Shown here piece by piece: positions 17,252 through 25,355 of a DNA stretch of 26,983 bases. The stretch is from a virus (Duplodnaviria > Caudoviricetes). The notes below the pieces were generated by a model. It was not told the DNA's origin, did not search any database, and saw only the letters and a list, made by a program, of their open reading frames with translations. Each line of letters starts with the position of its first letter. Position 1 is the first letter of the stretch. The position numbers and the translations under genes are program-made. The stretch covers positions 1 to 26,983 of IMG/VR virus record IMGVR_UViG_3300008255_000406; one strand, 5' to 3'.

Positions 17252-17628
17252 TTCTGCCGTGTTATTTCCTCCCGTTTTACTTCCTTGTGTGAAATAACAA
17301 GCAACTCCCGATAATCCACGTGCGGGTTAAAAAGCACCGTGCCTTCAACAGTAAAGCCCTCCATGATCTCGTGTTCCACCGCCGCTTTGCAGGCCGCAAA
17401 AGCCGTTTTAATGATTTCGTCTGTTGTCATGTACTTGCTCAGATACCATTTGCGGCCACCCCACCAGTCATATTTACCCGTTTTGCGGCAGCGGTCGTGA
17501 TACCGCACCTGCAAGAAAATCCGCCCGTTGGGATATTCTTTGTCGTGGTGGGCTTCCAAGTGGAATTGTTGCCCAAACAACCTAAAATCAATGTTTTTGA
17601 TGATGTTCTGTACCTGCTCTATGCTCAT
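17248..17628 (-). CDS. Hypothetical phage protein
   Basis: GRKWYLSKYMTTDEIIKTAF...EHEIMEGF...FNPH; ATGA overlaps. Confidence 0.75.
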   Translation of the reverse strand: MSIEQVQNIIKNIDFRLFGQQFHLEAHHDKEYPNGRIFLQVRYHDRCRKTGKYDWWGGRKWYLSKYMTTDEIIKTAFAACKAAVEHEIMEGFTVEGTVLFNPHVDYRELLVISHKEVKREEITRQK

Positions 17629-17966
17629 TTCAATTCGTCAATTACGTTTTGCTGAAAATCTCGTAGGTACGTCAAAAAATCTGCCTGTATGCCCAGCTCG
17701 TGGGTAACAAACAGCAGGTCAAGCACAGACTCCGCCACGTCGGCAAGACCCTGAACGCTCGCAATGTACGCTTTGGGGTTAGTTGTTTCGGCAGCCACAA
17801 TCGTCTGCCGTAACTTTTGCCGCAGCTTGAGCGTATCTTTCACCCTCGCCGGGTTGAACAGCACGGAGCTTTCCAGTTCTTTGCTTCTCAAAACTTTGTC
17901 ATACAGCATACTCACCGCCAGTGCGGTGTTATGTGCCTTCATGAATTCGGGGGTGATTTTGCTCAT
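17625..17966 (-). CDS. Hypothetical protein
   Basis: 113 aa ORF in operon. Confidence 0.7.
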   Translation of the reverse strand: MSKITPEFMKAHNTALAVSMLYDKVLRSKELESSVLFNPARVKDTLKLRQKLRQTIVAAETTNPKAYIASVQGLADVAESVLDLLFVTHELGIQADFLTYLRDFQQNVIDELK

Positions 17967-17978
17967 TTCGTCTTTGTT

Positions 17979-18146
17979 TTACAGAGTAACTAAAAAGTAA
18001 ATACAGTACCCAAATGCCACGAGCCAAACGGCGAGTCCGGCTTTCCACCAGTTGCGGCGGAAGCGTTGCTCAATACTACCGAGCAGATACCCGCCCAGAA
18101 AAGCAACCAACAACATCAATCCAAAATAATAATGTGCGTATTCCAT
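17979..18146 (-). CDS. 55 aa two-TM membrane protein
   Basis: Manual translation MEYAHYYFGLMLLVAFLGGYLLGSIEQRFRRNWWKAGLAVWLVAFGYCIYFLVTL. Confidence 0.7.
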   Translation of the reverse strand: MEYAHYYFGLMLLVAFLGGYLLGSIEQRFRRNWWKAGLAVWLVAFGYCIYFLVTL

Positions 18147-18147
18147 C

Positions 18148-18366
18148 TTAAAACATACTTAGTTGATCTCTACCTTGCGGCTTGGGTTCGTCCTTATACT
18201 GCCCTTGCCTGTACACAATTTGTTCGATAGTCCCGCCGCTTAAAAAATATTTGCTGGCAAGGGTCTCCACCACGTGGCTTGTCCGCAGGTGCTTACGCTT
18301 CGTCATCACCTCAAAATCCTTTCGGATAGCATCGTTACGTTCGTCAAATTTTGTTTTTCGGGGCAT
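18148..18366 (-). CDS. Mor/C-like transcriptional activator
   Basis: RNDAIRKDF...LASKYFLSGGTIEQIV resembles the Mor/C C-terminal HTH; position late in the early operon. Confidence 0.7.
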   Translation of the reverse strand: MPRKTKFDERNDAIRKDFEVMTKRKHLRTSHVVETLASKYFLSGGTIEQIVYRQGQYKDEPKPQGRDQLSMF

Positions 18367-18368
18367 AG

Positions 18369-18689
18369 CTACTCATTAATCAAAATATCAAAAATTAGGG
18401 CAACCTCATAATCACCCCAGTAGTCCATACAGCCGTGCTCGTGGCACGTCTTCAGGGCGTATATTTCGGTGGCATTGAAGCTAAACTGTACCTTATCTTG
18501 CGTGCCGTACACGCACGTGGTGTATTTTTTCATCAGCCGCTCGGCAAGATTCCGCATCGTCGCCCGTACCAAATTACTCCAGCTTGCGTCGGGCAAAAGC
18601 GGCAGCTCCACCATGAGGGGGTTGTTAATTGCCCCCGCCAAATGCCGCAACTCGTGGGTTTTTAGCGTCACGTGTCGTTTCAGTACCAT
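18369..18689 (-). CDS. Hypothetical protein
   Basis: Likely start MVLKRHV at ATG 18689. Confidence 0.6.
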   Translation of the reverse strand: MVLKRHVTLKTHELRHLAGAINNPLMVELPLLPDASWSNLVRATMRNLAERLMKKYTTCVYGTQDKVQFSFNATEIYALKTCHEHGCMDYWGDYEVALIFDILINE

Positions 18690-18898
18690 AAAGCCGACTT
18701 TAAGATTCTGCCGCAAAGGCTGTTTTGCCGCCAATTCGCCCGTGCCGAAAACCGCCACTGGGCACCGTGCTTATTCACGCCGATAGCCGCTATATCAACC
18801 GGAAGCCGCAGCCAGTCCAGCATAATCACCAGCCACCGCCCAAAATCTCGGCAGAGGATAGATTCAATCAAAAACGGAAGTAGCAATAAGCTGTACAT
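18680..18898 (-). CDS. Hypothetical protein
   Basis: 72 aa, fills the operon gap, hydrophobic N-terminus. Confidence 0.5.
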   Translation of the reverse strand: MYSLLLLPFLIESILCRDFGRWLVIMLDWLRLPVDIAAIGVNKHGAQWRFSARANWRQNSLCGRILKSALWY

Positions 18899-18919
18899 AA
18901 GTTGTTCGTTTTAGGTTAG

Positions 18920-19372
18920 TTAGAGTTCCTTGATTGCCTTCGTAAGTTTGCCATCCTGCCACTTTTCCAGCCCCGTAATGCAGTGCCGCAGCTCGTCGAA
19001 GGTCAGTTCGTAGAACTTTTTGCCCCGAAACGTCTTGTCGCAGAACGTGTTCAGCCCTCGCCAGTCCATTTTGCCGCCCCCAAGTTCCACCACAATGCCC
19101 AGCCGTTTGGCGGTGTTGATGGCCTTGGCTTGCATTTTCTTCACCACCGTGGCACGTTGCTTCGTCAGCAGCCCGATGGCTTCCTGCAATTCGCCTTCCG
19201 TCATGTCTTTGGCAGACATCGTGCGGCGGTTTGTGCATTGCAACACAATCATCCGCTTTTCGTCGGCATCGCACTTATTCAGCGTCAAAAGTTGGTGGAA
19301 ACGGGCGTTCAGCTTCGTTCTGTCAACCGGAAATTTCTTGTAACCCAGTTGCTCTGTGTTGGTCGTGTTCAT
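18920..19372 (-). CDS. GemA / DUF1018 (Mu gp16)-like protein
   Basis: RTMSAKDMTEGELQEAI, W..LNTFC, ELTFDELRHCITGLEKW. Confidence 0.65.
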   Translation of the reverse strand: MNTTNTEQLGYKKFPVDRTKLNARFHQLLTLNKCDADEKRMIVLQCTNRRTMSAKDMTEGELQEAIGLLTKQRATVVKKMQAKAINTAKRLGIVVELGGGKMDWRGLNTFCDKTFRGKKFYELTFDELRHCITGLEKWQDGKLTKAIKEL

Positions 19373-19503
19373 CGTTTGTTTGGTTTAGCGTTTGCTTGCG
19401 TTGATGTGGCGTTTACGATGCTCCAAAGAGCCAACAAAACGGGTAGCTTCTGCCACTGTCCACGCTCCCGTGCGTACCGAAAAATCTCCAATAATTCATC
19501 CAT
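19369..19503 (-). CDS. 44 aa hypothetical protein
   Basis: MDELLEIFRY..., TGA overlaps next ATG. Confidence 0.45.
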   Translation of the reverse strand: MDELLEIFRYARERGQWQKLPVLLALWSIVNATSTQANAKPNKR

Positions 19504-19519
19504 AATCGTTAGTTTAGCG

Positions 19520-19617
19520 TGGCAATGCGGGGAGTCGAACCCCGGCGGAAAACCTGTCAAGAACCGCCATCTCGTGGAAAATTTCAAAAACCACGCTTAC
19601 CCAAAGTCACATTGCCA
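19520..19617 (-). ncRNA. tRNA-like element 1
   Basis: Acceptor-like stem GGCAATG/CATTGCC-A, T-arm CGGGG-TTCGACT-CCCCG, two internal hairpins. Confidence 0.65.
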
Positions 19618-19625
19618 GTTAAAAA

Positions 19626-19678
19626 GCCCTCCCCAGCGTTGGGTCGAACCGCCGATGCGGGAGGGGTTAGGTGGGGGT
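19626..19678. repeat. BoxC/PIT-like element
   Basis: Minus strand CCCCCACCTAACCCCTCCC...GGGGAGGG. Confidence 0.55.
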
Positions 19679-19679
19679 T

Positions 19680-20102
19680 CTACGCCGCCTTCACATCGTA
19701 CCGCACATCCTGCCGTATCTCCACACCAGCGGCCGTAAATACTCGCTTGAGGTTTTTATCCGTGTCAAACTTCTTCTGAACCCCTTTGTAATCAATATCC
19801 ACTACGCAGTATTCATTACCGATTTTGACTGCCAAATCCCCCCGTTCTTCTTTGCTCAACGGCTTATCCGTCTTCAAATCCACGCACTTCGGCGGGTTCA
19901 GAGCCGTTTTGACCTTCGCATTAGCCGCTTCGAGATGCCAAACGCCGTCAACCGCAACCTGATGAAACACCGAATCGCAAATAATCGTGAGTTCTGCTTT
20001 AAGCGTATCTTTTTCCGCCTTCGCATCTTTTTCCATTTTGTCCAGCTTCAAAATTTTGAAAGCCAGCTCGTTTGCCTGTTTTTCTACTTCCTGAATAGTC
20101 AT
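19680..20102 (-). CDS. Gam-like host-nuclease inhibitor (tentative)
   Basis: N-terminal coiled coil, C-terminal AGVEIRQDVRYDV; position after the B-like ATPase. Confidence 0.55.
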   Translation of the reverse strand: MTIQEVEKQANELAFKILKLDKMEKDAKAEKDTLKAELTIICDSVFHQVAVDGVWHLEAANAKVKTALNPPKCVDLKTDKPLSKEERGDLAVKIGNEYCVVDIDYKGVQKKFDTDKNLKRVFTAAGVEIRQDVRYDVKAA

Positions 20103-20137
20103 ATAAATTGTGTTTAAAAATTGGTTACTTGTTTTGT

Positions 20138-20170
20138 CGCCCTGCCCTGAGCGAAGCCGAAGGGTCGGGT
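20138..20170. repeat. REP-like palindrome
   Basis: CCCTGAGCGAAGCCGAAGGG hairpin in intergenic space. Confidence 0.55.
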
Positions 20171-20394
20171 CAGTTCTGCGGGAAATGATCGTTTGCCAAA
20201 TCGCTCAAAATCGCCATCGCCAGTTCCGGGTGGTTAATCAGTTCTTCGAGGAAGTGCTTCGCAAGCACGCTCACGTCACCTTCGTAATTGAGCCGCACCC
20301 AATTACCCTGCACATCCAGCCGCAGCCAGTGCTTTTTCGGGGTCTCACGCTTTTCTGGTGAGGAACTAAGCAAGGGGTTTCCCAAGGTGTCCAT
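20170..20394 (-). CDS. Hypothetical protein
   Basis: 74 aa in operon. Confidence 0.65.
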   Translation of the reverse strand: MDTLGNPLLSSSPEKRETPKKHWLRLDVQGNWVRLNYEGDVSVLAKHFLEELINHPELAMAILSDLANDHFPQN

Positions 20395-20402
20395 ATCAAA
20401 TG

Positions 20403-21338
20403 TTAGTTTAGTTGAATTTTAAAGGCCGACCTCCTGATTTCCCGCCGTATTGCCACCTTCACCGTCCGGAGGCACTCCACCACCGTCACGTATTTACCGT
20501 TCACCAGCCGCTCCGCCGGAAAACTGTTCGCCCACACCCGTTTTATCGCCTCCGGGTCGGTCAGGCCGTTGGCGTTCGCCACTTTCGTCACATCCCCCTC
20601 CGTCATACCCTGCAAATGCACAAACCTCCGCCCCAAACGGCTGTCCAGCTCGTCGTAGCCCTTCCAAGCCAACCGAACCCCCTTCTTAATCTCCTTTTCC
20701 AGATGCTCCGTCCCGCAAATCACCACCCCAACTTCGTCTTCAACCTGATTGTAGAGGTGAATCAGCCACCGTATCGCCGATGGCTTCAGCTTGTCCGCTT
20801 CGTCAATAATGACCAGCGGTTGCCCATCGGCCGCACGTTTCCGCAGGGCGTTCACCACGCCGTTAGAGAGCGTTTCGTTCAATGTGTTCTGCCCGAACGA
20901 AAGCCCCAACACCCGGGACAGTTCAAGCAGGAAGCGTTTGCGTGGCCACTCCTCGCACTGCACCACAAACACGCTGCTGGTCTCGTCATCCGCCGCAAAG
21001 TGCTTAATCGCCGTCGTCTTGCCGCTCCCAGCTTTTTCCGACACCGCCAGCCACATCGCCTCGCTCTGTGCCATGTTCAAAATACTGTGCATCAGCAAGA
21101 AATTCGACGTGTCCGCCACCTGCCAGCCCGTTTGCTTCAGCTCGTAGCCAAGTGCCTTGCCAACCTTCACCCACATCCCATCCTTAATCAGCGGCCAACG
21201 CTCGGCGTTCAAAATGTTGTTCGTGATAGTCGCCACCGCAACCCCGCACTTGTTGGCAACTTTCGAGTAGCTCCCCAGCCGCGAGCGGTCCCGCTCTATC
21301 AGCTCAATGATTTCCTCTTTCTGTACCGTAGTTATCAT
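20403..21338 (-). CDS. MuB-like AAA+ transposition ATPase with N-terminal HTH
   Basis: AGSGKT Walker A, LVIIDEAD Walker B, ELDSRLG; follows the transposase. Confidence 0.9.
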   Translation of the reverse strand: MITTVQKEEIIELIERDRSRLGSYSKVANKCGVAVATITNNILNAERWPLIKDGMWVKVGKALGYELKQTGWQVADTSNFLLMHSILNMAQSEAMWLAVSEKAGSGKTTAIKHFAADDETSSVFVVQCEEWPRKRFLLELSRVLGLSFGQNTLNETLSNGVVNALRKRAADGQPLVIIDEADKLKPSAIRWLIHLYNQVEDEVGVVICGTEHLEKEIKKGVRLAWKGYDELDSRLGRRFVHLQGMTEGDVTKVANANGLTDPEAIKRVWANSFPAERLVNGKYVTVVECLRTVKVAIRREIRRSAFKIQLN

Positions 21339-21369
21339 TCTATAATTGGTTAGTTAGTTCTAAAATTGC

Positions 21370-21433
21370 TCACTGGCAGGGAGTCGAACCCTGCAACTTC
21401 TACTGTGCCCAGTAGAGCGTCTCCGTTCAGTGA
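21370..21433 (-). ncRNA. tRNA-like element 2 (minimal)
   Basis: TCACTG/CAGTGA closing stem, GCAGGG-TTCGACT-CCCTGC T-arm, TCTACTG-GGCA-CAGTAGA hairpin. Confidence 0.65.
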
Positions 21434-21528
21434 TTCAAACCAGACACTATCTATTTGGTGTCGGTCAACCAGTTTTTTTACTTTCTTGCATCAGGGTTCG
21501 AGACTGGTCAACTCATAGCCCCATTTCT

Positions 21529-23664
21529 TTACACCTGATTCAGCACATAATCCATCAGTTCCAGCTCGTTCAACCCCGCACTCCGCACTTTCGGGGTAGC
21601 CGCTGCCCCCTTGTCTTTTGTCTTGCTTCTTTTGTCTTTTGTCTTAGCAGTCGGCTCAATCGGTGGGTGTTCTTTCAAGTACCGCCCCGTCGTTGAGTTC
21701 TCCGCCGCCAGCGTTACAGATTTCGGCAGCATGGTTGGCATCGTCAACTCAAGGATGTTATCGTCGCACCCAGCTTGAATTTCTTGCAGCTCCGCCGCCT
21801 TTTTTGCCTTCAAAACCTTATCCTTTGCTTTTTCTTCCTGTAACCTACCGTACTCCGCATCGGGCCCGTAGAGCTGAATCCGCTCGTACTCCGTCACGCT
21901 GTCCAGCAACTCCCCCGAAAGCGGGTTGAAAAGCATCACCTCACTCATATCAGCCGCATCGTAGCGTACTTCCACCTCCGAGAAGCTCCGCAGAATATCG
22001 TAGTAGCGTTCGTCCGTCAATCGGTAGATATGTTCCCGCCCGTTAACGGTCATGGTAACCATGTGGTGGTTGATTTTGATGCGTTTCCGCAACCAAAACA
22101 ACGAAGCAATCTCCCACTGCTCCACCGGGTGTACGTTCGGTCGCTCCGTCTCGGTTTCGTGCATTTCCCACGGGCTTTGGTCAATCTCCCTGAATTTTTT
22201 AGAGTAAAAACTCAGCGGCGTGTGGTTATAAAGCGTCAGCACTTCGTTTTCAGCCATCCACGCCTTTTCCCAGTCAAAACCCGCCGCTTTCAGTTCCTTG
22301 TGGGTCTTTTTCAAATATTCCTGCGTGGGTCGGGCGTAATCCCGTGTACTCCTAATTCCCTGCCCAACCCACTCTTTCCTGTCCATCTCAAACACACTTT
22401 GCAGCGTTCCGAACGCACGTTCAACCGCCGCCTTACCCGTCGCTACGCTCGTTTTCGTCAGTTTCACGCCGTGTTCTTTCAGTTGGGCAAATAGCGTTTC
22501 CATCACCTCATAATTGTGTCCAGGAAAACGGTCATACATCAGCTCAAACGGCAAGTAGCCCGTCAAACTCACCGCCATTTTCAAGGCTTGGATATACAGC
22601 AGGTGGCTCTCGGCCAACCCAAAGCTCCAGCCCACCCACGCCCCCGAATACACGTCCCGAATCGCCACAACGTACAAGTAGCTGTACCGCCCGCTCGTAT
22701 CATACGGTTGCAGTTGCACCCGTGTGCCGTCAGCTTGCCAGCATTCCCCCGCAAACATCGCCCGTGCCATCGGCGTGCTGAACCGCTGCGTCGCCGCCGC
22801 TTTGTTTTCAATCCCGAAACGCTGCAACGCCGTCAGCCCGTGCAAATCCGCCACGTGGTTACGCACCGTGGACTCCGATACTTTACCAAGGTCATTTTTT
22901 AGAAGCTGAAACCGCACTTTCCGGTAGATGGCACTGATACTCTCGTTCTTACCAGTGGCCAGTAGCCTCGCAATTACCCCACGTGTGTAGGTATAATTAG
23001 CCCCCTTGCGGTTTTCGTTGCCCGTGCGGGGGCGTTTGATCACGTCCTCAACCGCCGCCCCGTCCAACATTTTCTTTAGGTTTTCGTGCAAATGCCGCAC
23101 CGAGGTCGGCATATAGCGGTAGCCCTTCGGCCAGTAGTCTTCTTTGTGGGCGGCCAAATGCTCGCTCAATGCTATCAGCGGCTTGCGGTTGCTGGCACTC
23201 AGTTCGTGCAACTGGTAGAAATCCCGGATAGCCACCGTCACCGAGGCCGCCCGTGCCAAATACCGCCGTACCTTCATCCGTTGCTGCTCGTTTTCGATTG
23301 CAAAGCGGTATTTGTTCAAATAACCCGCAAAATGCTCGTAGCTTTCCTCAAAAACCTTCAAAAACTCAGCCTCAACATCTATTTCAGGCATTGGGTTGTC
23401 AAAATCAAAATACCGCACAAAGTCATATTTCTCAATTGCCCGCCACGGGTCTTCGCCCATAAACAGGATGTCCTGCAACTCCCGTTGGTATTTCTTCGGA
23501 ATAGACTTCCACCGGATAACCTTCCGCTTCGGGTCATGGGGGTCGGGTATCATGTGCCAGTAAGTAGAACCTTCCCTTACTGCTTTCCCAATACCCTGTT
23601 TCGTGATGATGTCCTCGGTCACATCACTGTACATTATCCATATTTCACCGTCAATTATCCGCAT
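21529..23664 (-). CDS. Mu-like DDE transposase
   Basis: WQADGT, MYDRFPG, AVERAFG catalytic triad; HTH KVSESTVRNHV; VRYD C-terminal barrel. Confidence 0.92.
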   Translation of the reverse strand: MRIIDGEIWIMYSDVTEDIITKQGIGKAVREGSTYWHMIPDPHDPKRKVIRWKSIPKKYQRELQDILFMGEDPWRAIEKYDFVRYFDFDNPMPEIDVEAEFLKVFEESYEHFAGYLNKYRFAIENEQQRMKVRRYLARAASVTVAIRDFYQLHELSASNRKPLIALSEHLAAHKEDYWPKGYRYMPTSVRHLHENLKKMLDGAAVEDVIKRPRTGNENRKGANYTYTRGVIARLLATGKNESISAIYRKVRFQLLKNDLGKVSESTVRNHVADLHGLTALQRFGIENKAAATQRFSTPMARAMFAGECWQADGTRVQLQPYDTSGRYSYLYVVAIRDVYSGAWVGWSFGLAESHLLYIQALKMAVSLTGYLPFELMYDRFPGHNYEVMETLFAQLKEHGVKLTKTSVATGKAAVERAFGTLQSVFEMDRKEWVGQGIRSTRDYARPTQEYLKKTHKELKAAGFDWEKAWMAENEVLTLYNHTPLSFYSKKFREIDQSPWEMHETETERPNVHPVEQWEIASLFWLRKRIKINHHMVTMTVNGREHIYRLTDERYYDILRSFSEVEVRYDAADMSEVMLFNPLSGELLDSVTEYERIQLYGPDAEYGRLQEEKAKDKVLKAKKAAELQEIQAGCDDNILELTMPTMLPKSVTLAAENSTTGRYLKEHPPIEPTAKTKDKRSKTKDKGAAATPKVRSAGLNELELMDYVLNQV

Positions 23665-23670
23665 CGTTCC

Positions 23671-24111
23671 TTACTTCTTAACCTCCGTTTTACTAGCGTT
23701 TAAAGGAATCACCTTCGGCGACCGCCGCACCGCATCCTTCACGGCGTTAATCTTCATCTCCCGGCGGTACGCCAGCATCGCCTCGCGGGTCAGCTCCGCC
23801 CGTTGGGCAACTTCCCGCAGCTCCACCACCTCCCGCTTCAGTTCGGCGGCGTGGCGTTGCAGCTTCACGTTCTCCGCAAGCACCTCATTTAGTGCATTCA
23901 GTGCCGCGTTCAGCTCGTCAGTCTTTTTCTGCACCAGCCCCCCGTACATCCTAATCGCCTGTTCCTTGCGTTTCCGCTGCTCCTCGGTGGCCAACGTCGC
24001 CGCCCGCAGGTTCGTCAAGGCCGCCGCCAGCCTATCTTCAAGGTGTTGCCTGTTGCGGGTGGCCGTAACTCCCGTCACATCCGCCCAAAAGCATCTTAAT
24101 GTGTCTATCAT
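23671..24111 (-). CDS. Coiled-coil hypothetical protein
   Basis: 146 aa with heptad pattern. Confidence 0.7.
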   Translation of the reverse strand: MIDTLRCFWADVTGVTATRNRQHLEDRLAAALTNLRAATLATEEQRKRKEQAIRMYGGLVQKKTDELNAALNALNEVLAENVKLQRHAAELKREVVELREVAQRAELTREAMLAYRREMKINAVKDAVRRSPKVIPLNASKTEVKK

Positions 24112-24219
24112 AATCGCTCGCCAACCCGGTTGGCACGTTTGTTGTAAATACTGGTTAAAAAATCACTACGCGATGCCCACTTATTCCGGAAACTCCCCCG
24201 TCAGCCTTCACCCTCTCCG

Positions 24220-24486
24220 TCATACTTGATCTAAAATGTACGCCATCATCGCTGAATTGGTTAGCCCGCCCTCAGCACCTTTACCTTTACCACGCCTGGG
24301 TTCATACGTTTGCCGCCTACTACCTTCTCCCCCAGCCACCAAAACCCTAATGTCGTCGTCGCAAGGGGTTTCGGTATTCTTTGGTGCTGTCAGCCCAATC
24401 AAATACCGCAACTGCTTCTGCTCCATTTCCGCAATCTTGCCCCACAGATAGGCGTTCTCTGCTTTTAAATCTTTGTTGTTCTTCAT
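24220..24486 (-). CDS. Small protein with a transposase-like C-terminal tail
   Basis: 88 aa ending GGLTNSAMMAYILDQV. Confidence 0.7.
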   Translation of the reverse strand: MKNNKDLKAENAYLWGKIAEMEQKQLRYLIGLTAPKNTETPCDDDIRVLVAGGEGSRRQTYEPRRGKGKGAEGGLTNSAMMAYILDQV

Positions 24487-24515
24487 GATGTTTGGTTGGT
24501 TAATTAGTTATCGGT

Positions 24516-25016
24516 TTATCTTAAATACTTCGCTATCAGCCGCATCCGCAGTTCCTTGGGTTCTACCTCCGCAAAATCCAACGCCATCTCCAACTGCTTC
24601 TCCGCCGTCAAACGCTTGTGGTTGCCCTTTGGGGTTGTTGGTAGCTTTATTTGCTTAGGCTTTGGGGCGTTCTCATCAAGGGCGTTCAACAATAAGTTTT
24701 CTGCCATGTCGCGAAATGCGACACCCCGAGGCGTTTTCACGAAAAAGCCAAACCGCAACACGCCCGCTTTGGTATAATAAATGGCGTTTGGTTGCACACC
24801 TTGATGTGTGTCGCAAATTGCGACACCCTTGATGTAGTGTATGCCACTTTTGAAATCTGAGGGGTTTCTACTTACAATACTTGCGATTGAATTCCTCGCC
24901 ATGCCGTAACCTTTCGCTACTTCGGTGGTTGCCATCAAATACCCGTGCTTTTCGTCGGTTATTACCGTTACTTGCTCGTTGGGCATGATGCTGATTTTCA
25001 TCTTCTGATTTTCCAT
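24516..25016 (-). CDS. Antirepressor-type (ORF6N-like) DNA-binding protein
   Basis: EVAKGYG, DFKSGIHYI, YYTKAGVLRFGFFVKTPRGVAFRD. Confidence 0.7.
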   Translation of the reverse strand: MENQKMKISIMPNEQVTVITDEKHGYLMATTEVAKGYGMARNSIASIVSRNPSDFKSGIHYIKGVAICDTHQGVQPNAIYYTKAGVLRFGFFVKTPRGVAFRDMAENLLLNALDENAPKPKQIKLPTTPKGNHKRLTAEKQLEMALDFAEVEPKELRMRLIAKYLR

Positions 25017-25036
25017 AATGTTGGTTGGTTAATTAG

Positions 25037-25267
25037 TTAGTTTAGTTTTGTCAAAAGTTCTTCCCGAAGCCGCCGCTTGGTGTCCAAGTACCGCCGCGTA
25101 AAATCCACGACCGCCTTGTTGTTCCGCTCTCCGGTTTGCAGCACCTTCACCACCAAACTTTTAGAGTACCCCGATAGCTCCGCTATCCGCTCATAATCCC
25201 CGTGTTCAAAGTCCTCCTTTGAAAATTGCGTATTTCTACGCTTTACCGGTGTTGTCTTTTTACCCAT
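25037..25267 (-). CDS. Cro/Ner-like HTH regulator
   Basis: GDYERIAELSGYSKSLVVKVL..GERNN; first gene divergent from the repressor. Confidence 0.78.
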   Translation of the reverse strand: MGKKTTPVKRRNTQFSKEDFEHGDYERIAELSGYSKSLVVKVLQTGERNNKAVVDFTRRYLDTKRRLREELLTKLN

Positions 25268-25296
25268 ATTTGCAAAGTGTTTTATTGATTACACGA

Positions 25297-25349
25297 CAAA
25301 CATATTAGTAAATGTTCTAATTTACAAACATTATTAGTATAAATTCTAA
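25297..25349. promoter_or_regulatory. Early leftward promoter and two operators
   Basis: Minus strand TTTG (25328-25325), 20 nt, TATGTTTG (25304-25297); TTAGTA-N4-TTCTAA at 25305-25320 and 25334-25349. Confidence 0.72.
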
Positions 25350-25355
25350 AAAACT

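Noticed and set aside
18983-19738. 251-aa + strand ORF
   Set aside because: Antisense to several early genes and RNA elements; no recognisable features
20412-21353. 313-aa + strand ORF antisense to the ATPase
   Set aside because: His/Pro/Arg-rich shadow frame produced by codon bias of the real gene; no motifs
19520-21433. Functional tRNA genes
   Set aside because: No canonical 7-nt anticodon loop or D arm; kept as tRNA-like elements only
21608-21648. Short TCTTTTG repeats in the transposase 3' end
   Set aside because: Encode a low-complexity KTKDK linker; no independent evidence of function
24108-24223. Mini-ORF from ATG 24223 that could frameshift at a T6 run into 23671..24111
   Set aside because: Stops after 22 codons; the downstream gene has its own ATG; no supporting signal
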